From Candidatus Zhuqueibacterota bacterium (GTDB lineage: Bacteria; Zhuqueibacterota; Zhuqueibacteria; Thermofontimicrobiales; Thermofontimicrobiaceae): DNA of 64,000 nucleotides. The stretch covers positions 344,983 to 408,982 of the forward strand of contig JBMOPW010000014.1 of the NCBI GenBank assembly GCA_049322915.1. The letters run 5' to 3'. Numbering within the stretch: the first letter of the stretch is position 1; the number at the start of each line of letters is the position of its first letter. A program made the translations under genes and the position numbers. This document shows, piece after piece, positions 9,346-19,544 of this stretch. The notes beneath the pieces are model-generated. The model saw only the letters and a program-made list of their open reading frames with translations. It made no database searches and had not been told where the DNA came from.

Positions 9346-10902
9346 TTACAGCACCTGATAAATGCTGTCGAGAATGGTTCCGTCCACCCATTTGACAACA
9401 GCGACAACGGTATCGCCGTGTTTCGGTTTTTCCGGAGCGCCGCCGCACATGGCGTCAATATCTTTTTTCAGCGATAGGATCGAGCGAATCGGCAGGGAAG
9501 AATTTTTGGTCGCTTCAATCAAGTCTGTCCGTAATGGATTGATGGCGATTCCGCGTTCCGTCACGATCACGTCAATCAACTCGCCTGGCCCACACAAGGT
9601 AGTTACCTCATCGACGATGACCGGGATGCGATCCCGGAACGAAGGAATGGGCAGAATGGTGCATTTGGAGAACAAACAATTTTGCCAGCCGCCGATTCCG
9701 TGTAGCAATCGGCCGTCCGAGTGAGTAACGACATTGGCGTTGAAATGGACGTCGACTTCAGTGGCGCCCAGCACAACCACATCCACGATGGACGAGAAAT
9801 TGCCCTTGCCGTGATAATTGTAACTTGTGAATGGGCTGGTGTTGACGTGACGAGGATTTTCTCGCATGGAGCGAACGCCTTCCAGGTCAAACGTCTGTCC
9901 GTCCAGAATGTAGTCGGTGAGGCCCTCTTCCAGCATTTGAACGAGGTACTGAGTGCTGCCGCCTCGGACAAACCGGGCTTTGATGCCCATCTCTTTCATC
10001 ATATCCTTCAGGAAGATGGCGAAGGAGAGCGCCGTGCCGCCTGCGCCGGCTTGAAATGAAAATCCATTTTTCAGGATGCCGGCGTCTTTGACGAACTGAG
10101 CGGTCATTTCTGCAATGAGCAAACGATCCGGGCTTTTTGTTATTTGCGTGGTGCCGGAGATGATCTGGGACGGCTCGCCAACCTTGTCCATCTTCACCAC
10201 GTAATCCACATAATTTCCCTGAATTTGCCAGGGGACGCAGGGAAAATCAACAAGGTTATCGGTGACCACGATGACTTTGTCGGCGTACTGGGAATCAGCT
10301 AATGCAAAGCCTAACAATCCGCAGGCAGAAGGGCCGGTGACCCCATTGGCGTTGCCGAAAGGATCCGCAGTCGGCGCGGCAATCACCGCAATGTCGATGT
10401 GCACCTCACCGTCCTGCACAGCCTGATAGCGCCCGCCGTGAGAACGCAGCACTCCCAAACCGCGCATTTTTCCGGTGGAGCAGTAATCACCTAACGGCCC
10501 ATTCATGGATCCCTCGATATGATGCACCACGCCACTTTCCAGATGCCTGATAATTGGCGCATGGCAAGGGAACGACGCGCTGGGGAACCACATCAGGTCC
10601 TTCACGCCAATCTCGGCCGCAGCGTCAAAAATTTGATTGGCCACCAGATCGCCATTTCGAAAATGGTGATGGGTGGCGATTGTCATCCCGTCTTTGAGGC
10701 CGGCGCGCTCCAATGCTGTTTTGATATCCGGAACGAGTTTGTTCCCATCTGCCGGGAAATCGATGCACGATGCGATGGGCGGCGCTGCTTTTCTCCCGCC
10801 GGGTTTAAATTTGCCAACGCCCTGAAACGGAATCGCTGGCTTGCCATTGACTTCAGTGGGCACCAATCGGCCGGCGGCGTTTTTAACTAATTTATTTGCC
10901 AT
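9346..10902 (-). CDS. citF: Citrate lyase alpha subunit / citrate CoA-transferase
   Basis: HHHFRNGD, LRSHGGR, FQAGAGG, GATEVD.FNANV and DVIVTERGIAINP motifs. Start MANKLV with GGAG RBS, overlapping the upstream gene. Confidence 0.93.
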   Translation of the reverse strand: MANKLVKNAAGRLVPTEVNGKPAIPFQGVGKFKPGGRKAAPPIASCIDFPADGNKLVPDIKTALERAGLKDGMTIATHHHFRNGDLVANQIFDAAAEIGVKDLMWFPSASFPCHAPIIRHLESGVVHHIEGSMNGPLGDYCSTGKMRGLGVLRSHGGRYQAVQDGEVHIDIAVIAAPTADPFGNANGVTGPSACGLLGFALADSQYADKVIVVTDNLVDFPCVPWQIQGNYVDYVVKMDKVGEPSQIISGTTQITKSPDRLLIAEMTAQFVKDAGILKNGFSFQAGAGGTALSFAIFLKDMMKEMGIKARFVRGGSTQYLVQMLEEGLTDYILDGQTFDLEGVRSMRENPRHVNTSPFTSYNYHGKGNFSSIVDVVVLGATEVDVHFNANVVTHSDGRLLHGIGGWQNCLFSKCTILPIPSFRDRIPVIVDEVTTLCGPGELIDVIVTERGIAINPLRTDLIEATKNSSLPIRSILSLKKDIDAMCGGAPEKPKHGDTVVAVVKWVDGTILDSIYQVL

Positions 10903-12121
10903 TTTGTGCATCTCCTTCTCGCCAGTTTTCAGGTAATTTGCCGGTCTTTGTCGCTAAATGGATGGTGCGCATGGCGCGCTTCACCACCGGAGGATCGATC
11001 ATTTTACTTCCCAACGAAACAACACTCAGTCCGCGTGCTTCAGCTTCTTCAAAGGCTGCGACAATCTTTTTTGCCCGATCGATTTCTTCTGCGGCCGGAG
11101 CAAAGGCGTCATTGATCACCGGAATTTGCCGCGGATGAATACAGCCCTTGCCATCAAAGCCCAACGATTTGGCCTCTAAAACGCTCTGTCGGAGACCATC
11201 CATATCATTGACGTCCGAAAAAACGGTATCGATCGGCTGAATGCCGGCTGCGCGAGCCGCATTCACGACCTGGCTCCGCGCCCAGAAACTCTCACGACCT
11301 TCGAGGGTTCGCTGCGTTCCAATGTCTGCCGTGTAGTCTTCCAATCCGATCGTCAGCGCGACAATGTTCTTTGCAGCCGTGGCAATTTCATAGGCCTTGA
11401 TCGCGCCAAGTGCGCTCTCGATGATGGGCATGTAAAAAACTGACTGAGTTAAGTTCTCAGATTTGAGGATAGTGTGCACTTCGGCGTCGACGAGTTTCAC
11501 CTGCTCGGCGCTCTCACATTTGGGAATTAAAATGACATGAACATGATGCGGAACGATAAATTTCAAATCGTCAAGTCCACCGGGAATCTGATTGATGCGG
11601 ACCATCCGTTCCGCCTGGAAAAAATCGACCTGGCGAAGCGCATTGCGAACCAGCACCTGGGCGCTGTCTTTTTCCGCCAGAGCAACGCTGTCTTCAAGAT
11701 CGAGAATCACCCCATCCGGTTTATGAAGTCCGGCGTTGAGCATGAATTTGGGTTCATTGCCGGGGAGATACAACCGAGACCGGCGAAATCGGTCTCTCAC
11801 CGTAGGTCGCTGATTGGATTCGGGAATCGGAGGTAACCATTGCTTGTTATCGTCCATCTTCAAGCGGCGAATCGCACATTCCAGCCGCGCCATGAGGACA
11901 AATGGCAACGCGCCATTATCCTCCAATTCGACCGTTGCGTGTTTGATGTCAAAGAATTCCAACCCGTCTTTTACAGAGTCGTGAATGGAAGTCCCGTACA
12001 TCACCTGCACTTTGCTCTTGATATTCAGGTGAATCCCGCCGGAATCATTCGCCGTTATTTTTATCCAGCAATCTGACCTGACATCGGCGCCTTTTCTGCC
12101 TGCTTCGGCAGTTCTGATCAT
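10892..12121 (-). CDS. citE: Fused citrate lyase acyl-carrier-like domain (CitD) + citryl-CoA lyase (CitE)
   Basis: The N-terminal ~88 aa are CitD-like (AEAG...SDC.I...S.V...YG..I...D.GAL..V..ARLE); then RRSRLYLPG, DLEDSV, VRIN, IES, GKGCIHPRQ, MIDPPV. Confidence 0.88.
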   Translation of the reverse strand: MIRTAEAGRKGADVRSDCWIKITANDSGGIHLNIKSKVQVMYGTSIHDSVKDGLEFFDIKHATVELEDNGALPFVLMARLECAIRRLKMDDNKQWLPPIPESNQRPTVRDRFRRSRLYLPGNEPKFMLNAGLHKPDGVILDLEDSVALAEKDSAQVLVRNALRQVDFFQAERMVRINQIPGGLDDLKFIVPHHVHVILIPKCESAEQVKLVDAEVHTILKSENLTQSVFYMPIIESALGAIKAYEIATAAKNIVALTIGLEDYTADIGTQRTLEGRESFWARSQVVNAARAAGIQPIDTVFSDVNDMDGLRQSVLEAKSLGFDGKGCIHPRQIPVINDAFAPAAEEIDRAKKIVAAFEEAEARGLSVVSLGSKMIDPPVVKRAMRTIHLATKTGKLPENWREGDAQNGK

Positions 12122-12359
12122 GGCACAGCCCTCCTTAAACAGATTATGATGAGATCATTGTGATTCTATTTTGCCCAGATAATAAGAAAATTTTTCGTGA
12201 ATTCAAAATAGTTTTTTATGAACCTGCCCCACGGAATAATATTGGCCGACACTCTGTTGCGCCCTGTATATTCAAAGCAGTTAAGGCAAAAAAATAGCCG
12301 GAGCATGAACATTAAAAAAAATTAATCATCGCAGAATGTTAAAAATTATTATCTTTTTC

Positions 12360-12387
12360 TTGACAATTGATATTTTTTTATTATATT
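12360..12387 (+). promoter_or_regulatory. Sigma70-type promoter for the AT-rich island
   Basis: TTGACA (12360-12365), 16 bp, TATATT (12382-12387). Confidence 0.6.
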
Positions 12388-12701
12388 GAATACGACGCGC
12401 CTCATTTTTCCTTCAGCGACGAGCCTCATCTTGGAACGGTTTCATGGAAGCTGTTCATATTCTGGAAATTATCATTCATCAAAGGTAACTGATTAATCAT
12501 TGGTAGTGCGCAAACACCGCTAACAATCGTCCGGGATATTTATCTGAACTGACGCCTATTCGGGGACATACGTCCCAGCCATTGCCAGCGCTGGATGAAA
12601 ATCCAGCGAGATCAGGTCCAAATTTGCAAAAGTATAGTTAATAAATCGGTTCAAATGAAAAAAGCTCACTCTACTCTGATAGAATGGGAGGTGATATTTA
12701 G

Positions 12702-14435
12702 ATGAAAATTAGATATTCTTTGATGACAATTGTTTTTCTCTTAATATTTTCAGAGCTGTGTTTTGCCCAGTGGTCGACGGATGCATCACAAAATACACCA
12801 ATATGCACTGCTCCCAACAATCAATTTGCTCCCCAAATCGTGGTTGATGATAAAGGTAACTCCATCATTGTCTGGGAAGACGAAACCGATCCGATTGGAT
12901 ATCGCCATATTTATGCCCAACGACTTAATCGCTATGGCTGCAAAATGTGGGATGAACGGGGTGTACCGGTTTGTTCTGCACGAGAATATAAAAAAATAGC
13001 AGATGTAATAAGCGATGGAGAAGGAGGCGCAATTATTGTCTGGTTAGATTATAAAAATTGGTTCCATCCTGATCCTATTGAAGAGACCGATATTTATGCG
13101 CAGCGGATTGATAGTAGTGGAGTTATGCTTTGGAATTCAGACGGAGTGGATATATGTACAGCGGAAGGTAACCAATTCAACGCGAAAGCAATATCTGATA
13201 ACGATGGTGGAGTAATTGTCGTTTGGCAAGATGATCGATCTGAATACAATGGTGTCTATATACAACATGTTATTAATATCGGCCAAATATTATTGTCAGT
13301 CAATGGCAAACCTCTTAATTCTCAAGGAATTGTTGCTCGTTTTGGAGGGTATAATGTGGTTCATTCAGATTCAAATTCAATAATTATTTTTTATGCTTCA
13401 CGAAAAAATAATATCTCAATTTCGACCGCTCAAAAAATCAGGGAAAATGGCACATATGTTTGGTCAGAAAATGAAAAAATATTAGACATTAGTGGAAAGT
13501 GTATAAGCGATAACAATGAAGGGGCAATATTCGCTTACTTAGTGTATCAAAACGGAAATCCAATTGAACTACGTGCACAACGTATAACCAAAGAAGCAAT
13601 CGTAATCTGGCCCGAATTTGGAACTTCTATTAGTGAGCAGGTATTTCGCTATAGTAGATATGAACTGACAAAAGATGACCAATGTGGAGCTTTTATAGTA
13701 TGGATTTCGAACAATGATACGACTGAAGATAGTTTATATTTATATATTTCAAGAGTAGATAGTAGTGGACAATTATTATGGATAAAAAAATGTTTGGATA
13801 AGGTTTCCACGTGGTACGTGACTGAAGGCCATCATATTGTATGCGGTAATGAAGGTGAAGCAATTCTAAAATTTAAAATTGAAATTTCAGATACCCTTTG
13901 GAATCAAGTTATTCAAAAAATTGATCTCAGCGGAAATTTTTTATGGGGTAATAATGGGATCATCTATGTTGATCATAATCCCAAGAAAAGAGATATCGTA
14001 TGCGGCACTATGACCGGTGATGCATTTGGCGGCGCTATTATCGTTTGGGATGAATTTGGAGCGAATGGCTGGGATATTTATGCGCAGCAGGTGAGCAGTC
14101 GCGGGCAACTTGGCGACGTGGTTAGTTCAATTCATAGCTTGAATATTGAAATTAATCCTGATTATAATTTAGCACAAAGTTATCCAAATCCATTTAATTC
14201 ATTTATAAACATTTCATACTCATTTCAAAAGGGAGGTGATGTGACAATAAAACTATTTAACACAAATGGTCAACTCGTTAATACATTGGTAAACAAATAT
14301 CAAAAGGAGGGTAATTATGACATAAGCTGGAATGGAAGAAGTAGCAACGGTCAGAATGTTGTATCAGGTGTCTATTTTTATCAACTCAAAATTAATGAAT
14401 TTGCACAAACTAAAAAACTATTATTAATCCGATAA
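12702..14435 (+). CDS. Secreted repeat (beta-propeller-like) protein with CTD
   Basis: Signal peptide; about 7 repeats of SDG.GGAIIVW.D...DIYAQR.D..G...W..G; CTD QSYPNPFN...KKLLLIR; RBS GGAGG. Confidence 0.8.
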   Translation: MKIRYSLMTIVFLLIFSELCFAQWSTDASQNTPICTAPNNQFAPQIVVDDKGNSIIVWEDETDPIGYRHIYAQRLNRYGCKMWDERGVPVCSAREYKKIADVISDGEGGAIIVWLDYKNWFHPDPIEETDIYAQRIDSSGVMLWNSDGVDICTAEGNQFNAKAISDNDGGVIVVWQDDRSEYNGVYIQHVINIGQILLSVNGKPLNSQGIVARFGGYNVVHSDSNSIIIFYASRKNNISISTAQKIRENGTYVWSENEKILDISGKCISDNNEGAIFAYLVYQNGNPIELRAQRITKEAIVIWPEFGTSISEQVFRYSRYELTKDDQCGAFIVWISNNDTTEDSLYLYISRVDSSGQLLWIKKCLDKVSTWYVTEGHHIVCGNEGEAILKFKIEISDTLWNQVIQKIDLSGNFLWGNNGIIYVDHNPKKRDIVCGTMTGDAFGGAIIVWDEFGANGWDIYAQQVSSRGQLGDVVSSIHSLNIEINPDYNLAQSYPNPFNSFINISYSFQKGGDVTIKLFNTNGQLVNTLVNKYQKEGNYDISWNGRSSNGQNVVSGVYFYQLKINEFAQTKKLLLIR

Positions 14436-14444
14436 GGAGATGTT

Positions 14445-15590
14445 ATGTCAAAAATTAATTTTATTCTATTAAGCCTGGCTATTATTTTCTTAACCATCGA
14501 CATAGCCGTTTCACAAGCAAAAGTGAAACCATTAAAACAGCTACAACCTCAATATGAAAAAATTATTCATTTCGATAAAGACGATTATGCTTTAAAAGGG
14601 ATAAATCCTGATGACTATAAGGGAAGGGAAGGAGAGCTTATATATGGCGTCCAGGGGCTGTATGCAGGAGATAAATATATCACCGTCTGGGACACCAAAA
14701 ATGTCTTTGTTTTCGATATAACCACTTATGCTAATTTAGCGACGTTAACTCCTCCGCTATCTATAAACGATATCGTTGAAAGGGATGGCGTAATTTACTG
14801 TTTGGTTAGTTCCAGCAGGATAGATAATCGCATTTATGTTTATGATTCGTTCGACAGCTTCAGGGAATATATATTTGTGAGCCAGTTTCCAAATTTATCC
14901 GAGTATAAAGCCTTCCGCGAGCAATCTGCCCGAGAAAAATATGACCGCCAGAACAAAAGGATGAAACCAAGGCTGCAAAGGCTAATTGCTCCGCAGTTGC
15001 CCCGCGGAATGCATATCAGAACCCTTGATATCTCAGAGGGAAAAATTTATGCGAATATCGAGCTGAATTTCCTTAATATCGAACAGGATTTCAATATTGA
15101 AAATGACAACGGAAAATTCTATATGTTCACTAAACAGGATATTTTAAAAAAAGAACCAAAATTTTTTCCAGTTTTATTTAATGGAACGATATTATCATGC
15201 AACAGGAAAAAGCTTGATGATAATCATGTGAAATTAGAATTTCTCTTTACTGATCTAGAATATAATTTGATTAGAGAAAACGAAATCGTTTTGGAATCTA
15301 ATGATTATGTCGGGAAAATAGTGGATAATACCCCTGTTGGCATTATAGATGACCATATAATTTTAAGATGCCTCAGAGCTCATTTCGATAGGAATTATGA
15401 TGATGAGTTTATTTTAATAATTAATCTTAGCACAAAGGAAACCAAAACCATCGAGCTTCCCTATGTTATAAAAAATTTGAGCATTATGACGAATTATTTC
15501 CAGTATACTTCTTTTTCAAATTCATCTGCTTTTCTTATTTCATACAATTCAGACCTAAGTTTTGATATATTAAAAGTGGAGGTAAAGTAA
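14445..15590 (+). CDS. Exported hypothetical protein (signal peptide, no CTD, beta-rich)
   Basis: 381-aa ORF with AAGGAG RBS; 9 bp after the previous gene and 2 bp before the next; N-terminal signal peptide. Confidence 0.75.
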   Translation: MSKINFILLSLAIIFLTIDIAVSQAKVKPLKQLQPQYEKIIHFDKDDYALKGINPDDYKGREGELIYGVQGLYAGDKYITVWDTKNVFVFDITTYANLATLTPPLSINDIVERDGVIYCLVSSSRIDNRIYVYDSFDSFREYIFVSQFPNLSEYKAFREQSAREKYDRQNKRMKPRLQRLIAPQLPRGMHIRTLDISEGKIYANIELNFLNIEQDFNIENDNGKFYMFTKQDILKKEPKFFPVLFNGTILSCNRKKLDDNHVKLEFLFTDLEYNLIRENEIVLESNDYVGKIVDNTPVGIIDDHIILRCLRAHFDRNYDDEFILIINLSTKETKTIELPYVIKNLSIMTNYFQYTSFSNSSAFLISYNSDLSFDILKVEVK

Positions 15591-15592
15591 TT

Positions 15593-18500
15593 ATGAAAAC
15601 CAAATTGCAAATATTTCTTCTGCTCCTGATATTTCCCATGCTCTGCTTTTCCCAGGAAGTAAATCGAACTCGGCAAGAAGTAATCGATAGTATGGAAGAA
15701 TACATATGGTTTATTAATTGGGATTTTGATGAAAGTCACACCAATAAATGGCAAAACAATTATTATGACACCGATGGAGCTTATAACCATTCGACATTCC
15801 TTGGCTATGAAGGTTCCCAATATGGCGCACCCTATGGCTATGGCGTTAAAGATGATCTAACAATGTTAGACAATAAGATAACCGGAGAGGGTGTCCAGTA
15901 TGATTTATCACTAACAGAAGAACAATATATCTCATTGTACCCTGGTATTGCCTGGAGTGATAGCGCTGACCAAATAATAATTACATCGACTCGCTATTTA
16001 GAAAATGATTGGCTGACGATAGCAGTCGACGTGGATGATGAATATTCTGACTGGCAGTTGAAACTCTATCAGAAGGGCTTTGGATATGATAGCAACCAGG
16101 GAATGGTTTATGAAGTGAGAAATGAGATATGGCAATCTGGCTGGTTGACTGGCGATCAAACGCTGAACACCAGCCCAATCGAATATACCGGGAAATATTG
16201 CTTAATAATGGAGACCGGGGCTTTTTCTCTAACTGCCCAAATCACCTTAACAAAACCTCTGACAGTACCCGATGAAAATAATTACGCCTGCGGTTCGCAT
16301 TCCCATCATTATCACGTTTGCTCCCAACTGGGTATGCCACTTCCCAGCCAATGGGCCTTTGGGATCGATTGCTCTGGCTTTGTCTCATGGGGCTATGGTT
16401 TACCAATTGCAAGCTATGGTACAATCTGGTACGCCAATAACTTTTATTCTGTTGACTACGCGGAAGCACAAATGGCTGATTATCTGGTAAAATCAGGCGG
16501 CCATATGGTTATGATAAAAAATAAATCCGGTGATAACATCGATATCTATCATTCGGCAGGTACATTAGAATGGAGCTTTAAACCTGATGGTACTGAGATA
16601 GAATATAATAAGCATATTTACAGAGATTATATTTCTAAAGGTTATGATTCTAGAACCCCATGGAATCCAACTGGCATAGAAGATTATATTGCCATTACCG
16701 ATGGGCCAACGCTTTTAAACCAGGAAGAAACTCAGATGTATTACGCGAGATTTTTTGATGAATATCCTTATGGCGACAAAATTATGGGAAACTGGCATTG
16801 GAAATTAGTGGCCTGTTATGAAGGCGGTGAAATAATAATCGATACTTGTGATGGACCAGGTGAATATTCATCAACAGGCTTTCTCACTGTTCCTGATTTG
16901 GACACAATGGATTATAATTGGATTAGAAACGAACAAAATTCAATTGTGGGAAAAGTTAGACTCTCAGCAAGCGATAACAGTGGAAAAACCCATGGAACCG
17001 TACTTGACATTGAGATAATAGAGGATATCGAGACACCTGTAATTTCCAAATGCTATGGAGGTAATCAGAATGTAACGCTTTCTTTTACAGCGTTCGGAGC
17101 CACAACTTGCAATATTTATTATGATGTCGATTCAGGTCATCCTTATAATGGTAACGACGCCGATCAGGGATCATCCCCAATTTTATTCCAAGGAGATTCA
17201 GGAAAAATTACGCTCACTGGTTTGACAAATTGTACAACCTATTACTTTGCCATAGAGGCAAGTAATTATTACGAGCAAACAGAATATTCTCAAGAAAGAT
17301 ATGCAACACCAATAACTACATCAGGTAGATTAGCCCAAAATGAAACTTGGCCAGGAATAGGTAATCCTGATACAATTGTTGTATTAGGAAACGTAACTGT
17401 ACCTTCTGGAATTACGCTTACAATTGAATCAAATTCAGCAGTGGACGTAAATGAATATACTATGAATTCAACAGGAGGTACCATTAACCGGCAGGATAGC
17501 ATTATCTTTATTCCGGATGTGAGATTGTTTAATGTATCCTATGAAGAAATAACAGGCCAATACTCAGATCTACAGGAAGCATTAAATGATGCATCTTCCA
17601 GTGAAGAAGTTCACGTTTATTCAGATGTATCCATTAATGACAATATAAGTATCCCAAGTAATCGAACGCTGAAAATAATGCCTGGGAGTTCCCTGAAATT
17701 TGCCTGTGGAAAAGCACTTAACGTTTATGGTGAAATTTATGCCTATGGCCAGTGGAATAATCGCGTGGTATTCACCAGCATCGAACCATATACCCAGTGG
17801 GAGGGAATAAAATTTTATAGTAACAGCTATCAATACTCCTACATTTATCACTGTGAGATTTCAAATGCCAATTATGGTATTTATCTGGATCATCACGAAC
17901 CGATGAATTCATATCGGTATAATTATATCCACCATTGCAATTACGGTATATTCAGCCGCTATTCAGCGCCAGAAATTAAAGACAGCTATATCCAGGATAA
18001 CTACCTTTTTGGCGTTTATGTTATGTATGGCAATCCTGCCTTCCCCAGTTGGCACATCCGTATTGCAGAAAATGACATCAGAACAACGGACGAATACGAT
18101 GGTATATTTCTGTGGGAATCAGACGCTACAATTTGGGCGGACAATGATATCTTTGATAATCATCGCTATGGAGTGAATGCTTATACTTATAGTGACGTGA
18201 TATTGGTGAGTGCAGAAAGTGGCCTTAACAGCGTTCATTATAATCATGAAGGTCAACTTCATTTTTATGATCATTGTGATGGTCATGTGGGGCATTCTGG
18301 GTATTACAACACCTATGGCGCTACCAATCGAATATTAGGAAACAGTTACCGAGTCGTTGCAGAAGCAAGCAGCGATGTGTATGCCCGCAGAGTTTGGTGG
18401 GGAGTACATTGGTGGGGATGGAATCCGCCCGAAGGATTATTTTATAGCAGTGCTGGCAGCACGATAGATTCGAATTTCCCGTTGGAATATGATCCCCAGC

Positions 18501-19414
18501 CCAGTATGCTTGCTTCGACCACTCCTCCTAAAAACATAACTACAAAACTTGTTCACTCATCTTCCACAGCATCAACATCTGCTGATATTCCAAGACCAAT
18601 TCATAGAGCGATCCGTTATGTCTTTGAAGCTAAATATGATTCAGCGACGGCACTGTGCGATTCGGTAATCCGAGTTGACCCTGGTCATCAAGACGCCATC
18701 CACGCTCAATCATTATTGTGGCGTATCTCGAGGCGGACAAAAGGCAGTGATTTTTTTACTACACTTTCAACCAATGAACAGAAATACAATGATTTGGAAA
18801 TTGGAGCAGCAGCGCAGCGGATAAAAGGATTGCTTCTTGCGGGAGGAAAGGATTATCAATCAGCAGCTACGCAATTGGAGCGAGTATTAGCAGAGGCTAA
18901 GTACAATGGCACTTCCACTCATAAGCATGTGCTATTCGATTTGATTGATTTGTATCATTTCGACCTGAAGCAGGATGATGTGGCAAAGAAATATTTGGAA
19001 GAATTGACCTTACTTTTCCCCAAAGATGAAAGCGTAAAACTGGCTAATCTGATGATGGATGTTAAAACACAGGAATCTCCGAATCCAGGTTTAAATAAAC
19101 CAAATCAGGAAGTTATTGAGCCGGAAATTCCACAGGAATATTTCCTGCATCAATGTTACCCCAATCCATTTAATTCATCAACCACGATCCGTTTTCAATT
19201 GCCAGAGAGTAACCTTGTCACATTGGAAATCTATAATATGATGGGTCAAAAAATTAAAACATTGATCAATGGAGAATATAAAACTGGTGGCTTCCATCAG
19301 TCCCATTGGGATGGTCGAGATGAAGTTGGTAATTATGTTAGTTCGGGTATTTATGTATATTATTTCCGCGCCGGGAAATTCTTTGATTCAAAGAAATTGA
19401 TATTGATGAAGTAG
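15593..19414 (+). CDS. Secreted NlpC/P60-like hydrolase + FN3 + parallel beta-helix + TPR-like region + CTD
   Basis: PYGYG, GIDCSGFVS (Cys260), GGHMV (His304), IYHSAG (His320); FN3-like ITLTGLTNCTTYYFAIEASN; beta-helix (WEGIKF, NYGIY repeats); helical region; CTD. Confidence 0.8.
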   Translation: MKTKLQIFLLLLIFPMLCFSQEVNRTRQEVIDSMEEYIWFINWDFDESHTNKWQNNYYDTDGAYNHSTFLGYEGSQYGAPYGYGVKDDLTMLDNKITGEGVQYDLSLTEEQYISLYPGIAWSDSADQIIITSTRYLENDWLTIAVDVDDEYSDWQLKLYQKGFGYDSNQGMVYEVRNEIWQSGWLTGDQTLNTSPIEYTGKYCLIMETGAFSLTAQITLTKPLTVPDENNYACGSHSHHYHVCSQLGMPLPSQWAFGIDCSGFVSWGYGLPIASYGTIWYANNFYSVDYAEAQMADYLVKSGGHMVMIKNKSGDNIDIYHSAGTLEWSFKPDGTEIEYNKHIYRDYISKGYDSRTPWNPTGIEDYIAITDGPTLLNQEETQMYYARFFDEYPYGDKIMGNWHWKLVACYEGGEIIIDTCDGPGEYSSTGFLTVPDLDTMDYNWIRNEQNSIVGKVRLSASDNSGKTHGTVLDIEIIEDIETPVISKCYGGNQNVTLSFTAFGATTCNIYYDVDSGHPYNGNDADQGSSPILFQGDSGKITLTGLTNCTTYYFAIEASNYYEQTEYSQERYATPITTSGRLAQNETWPGIGNPDTIVVLGNVTVPSGITLTIESNSAVDVNEYTMNSTGGTINRQDSIIFIPDVRLFNVSYEEITGQYSDLQEALNDASSSEEVHVYSDVSINDNISIPSNRTLKIMPGSSLKFACGKALNVYGEIYAYGQWNNRVVFTSIEPYTQWEGIKFYSNSYQYSYIYHCEISNANYGIYLDHHEPMNSYRYNYIHHCNYGIFSRYSAPEIKDSYIQDNYLFGVYVMYGNPAFPSWHIRIAENDIRTTDEYDGIFLWESDATIWADNDIFDNHRYGVNAYTYSDVILVSAESGLNSVHYNHEGQLHFYDHCDGHVGHSGYYNTYGATNRILGNSYRVVAEASSDVYARRVWWGVHWWGWNPPEGLFYSSAGSTIDSNFPLEYDPQPSMLASTTPPKNITTKLVHSSSTASTSADIPRPIHRAIRYVFEAKYDSATALCDSVIRVDPGHQDAIHAQSLLWRISRRTKGSDFFTTLSTNEQKYNDLEIGAAAQRIKGLLLAGGKDYQSAATQLERVLAEAKYNGTSTHKHVLFDLIDLYHFDLKQDDVAKKYLEELTLLFPKDESVKLANLMMDVKTQESPNPGLNKPNQEVIEPEIPQEYFLHQCYPNPFNSSTTIRFQLPESNLVTLEIYNMMGQKIKTLINGEYKTGGFHQSHWDGRDEVGNYVSSGIYVYYFRAGKFFDSKKLILMK

Positions 19415-19468
19415 CAGAACTCACTCTTAACTTTACAACCGACTTTTTTCAATTATTTATAAAGAACT

Positions 19469-19544
19469 GTCATTCCCGAATATATTTAGCAGGAATCTCA
19501 AAAATATTATCAACGAGCGCTGTAGTGAATCATTCGGGAATGAC
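19469..19544. repeat. GTCATTCCCG-type REP-like inverted repeat
   Basis: Perfect 13-bp IR GTCATTCCCGAAT (19469-19481)/ATTCGGGAATGAC (19532-19544); a partial copy GTCATTCCCG occurs at about 30785. Confidence 0.6.

Noticed and set aside
12560..12625. TPP-riboswitch-like string on the minus strand (ACCTGATC...TGGAT...CCAGCG)
   Set aside because: Lacks the upstream GGG/CTGAGA element and the AGGGA end, and no thiamine gene is adjacent. It is just a hairpin (CGCTGGAT/ATCCAGCG) in a leader. An Rfam scan would settle it.
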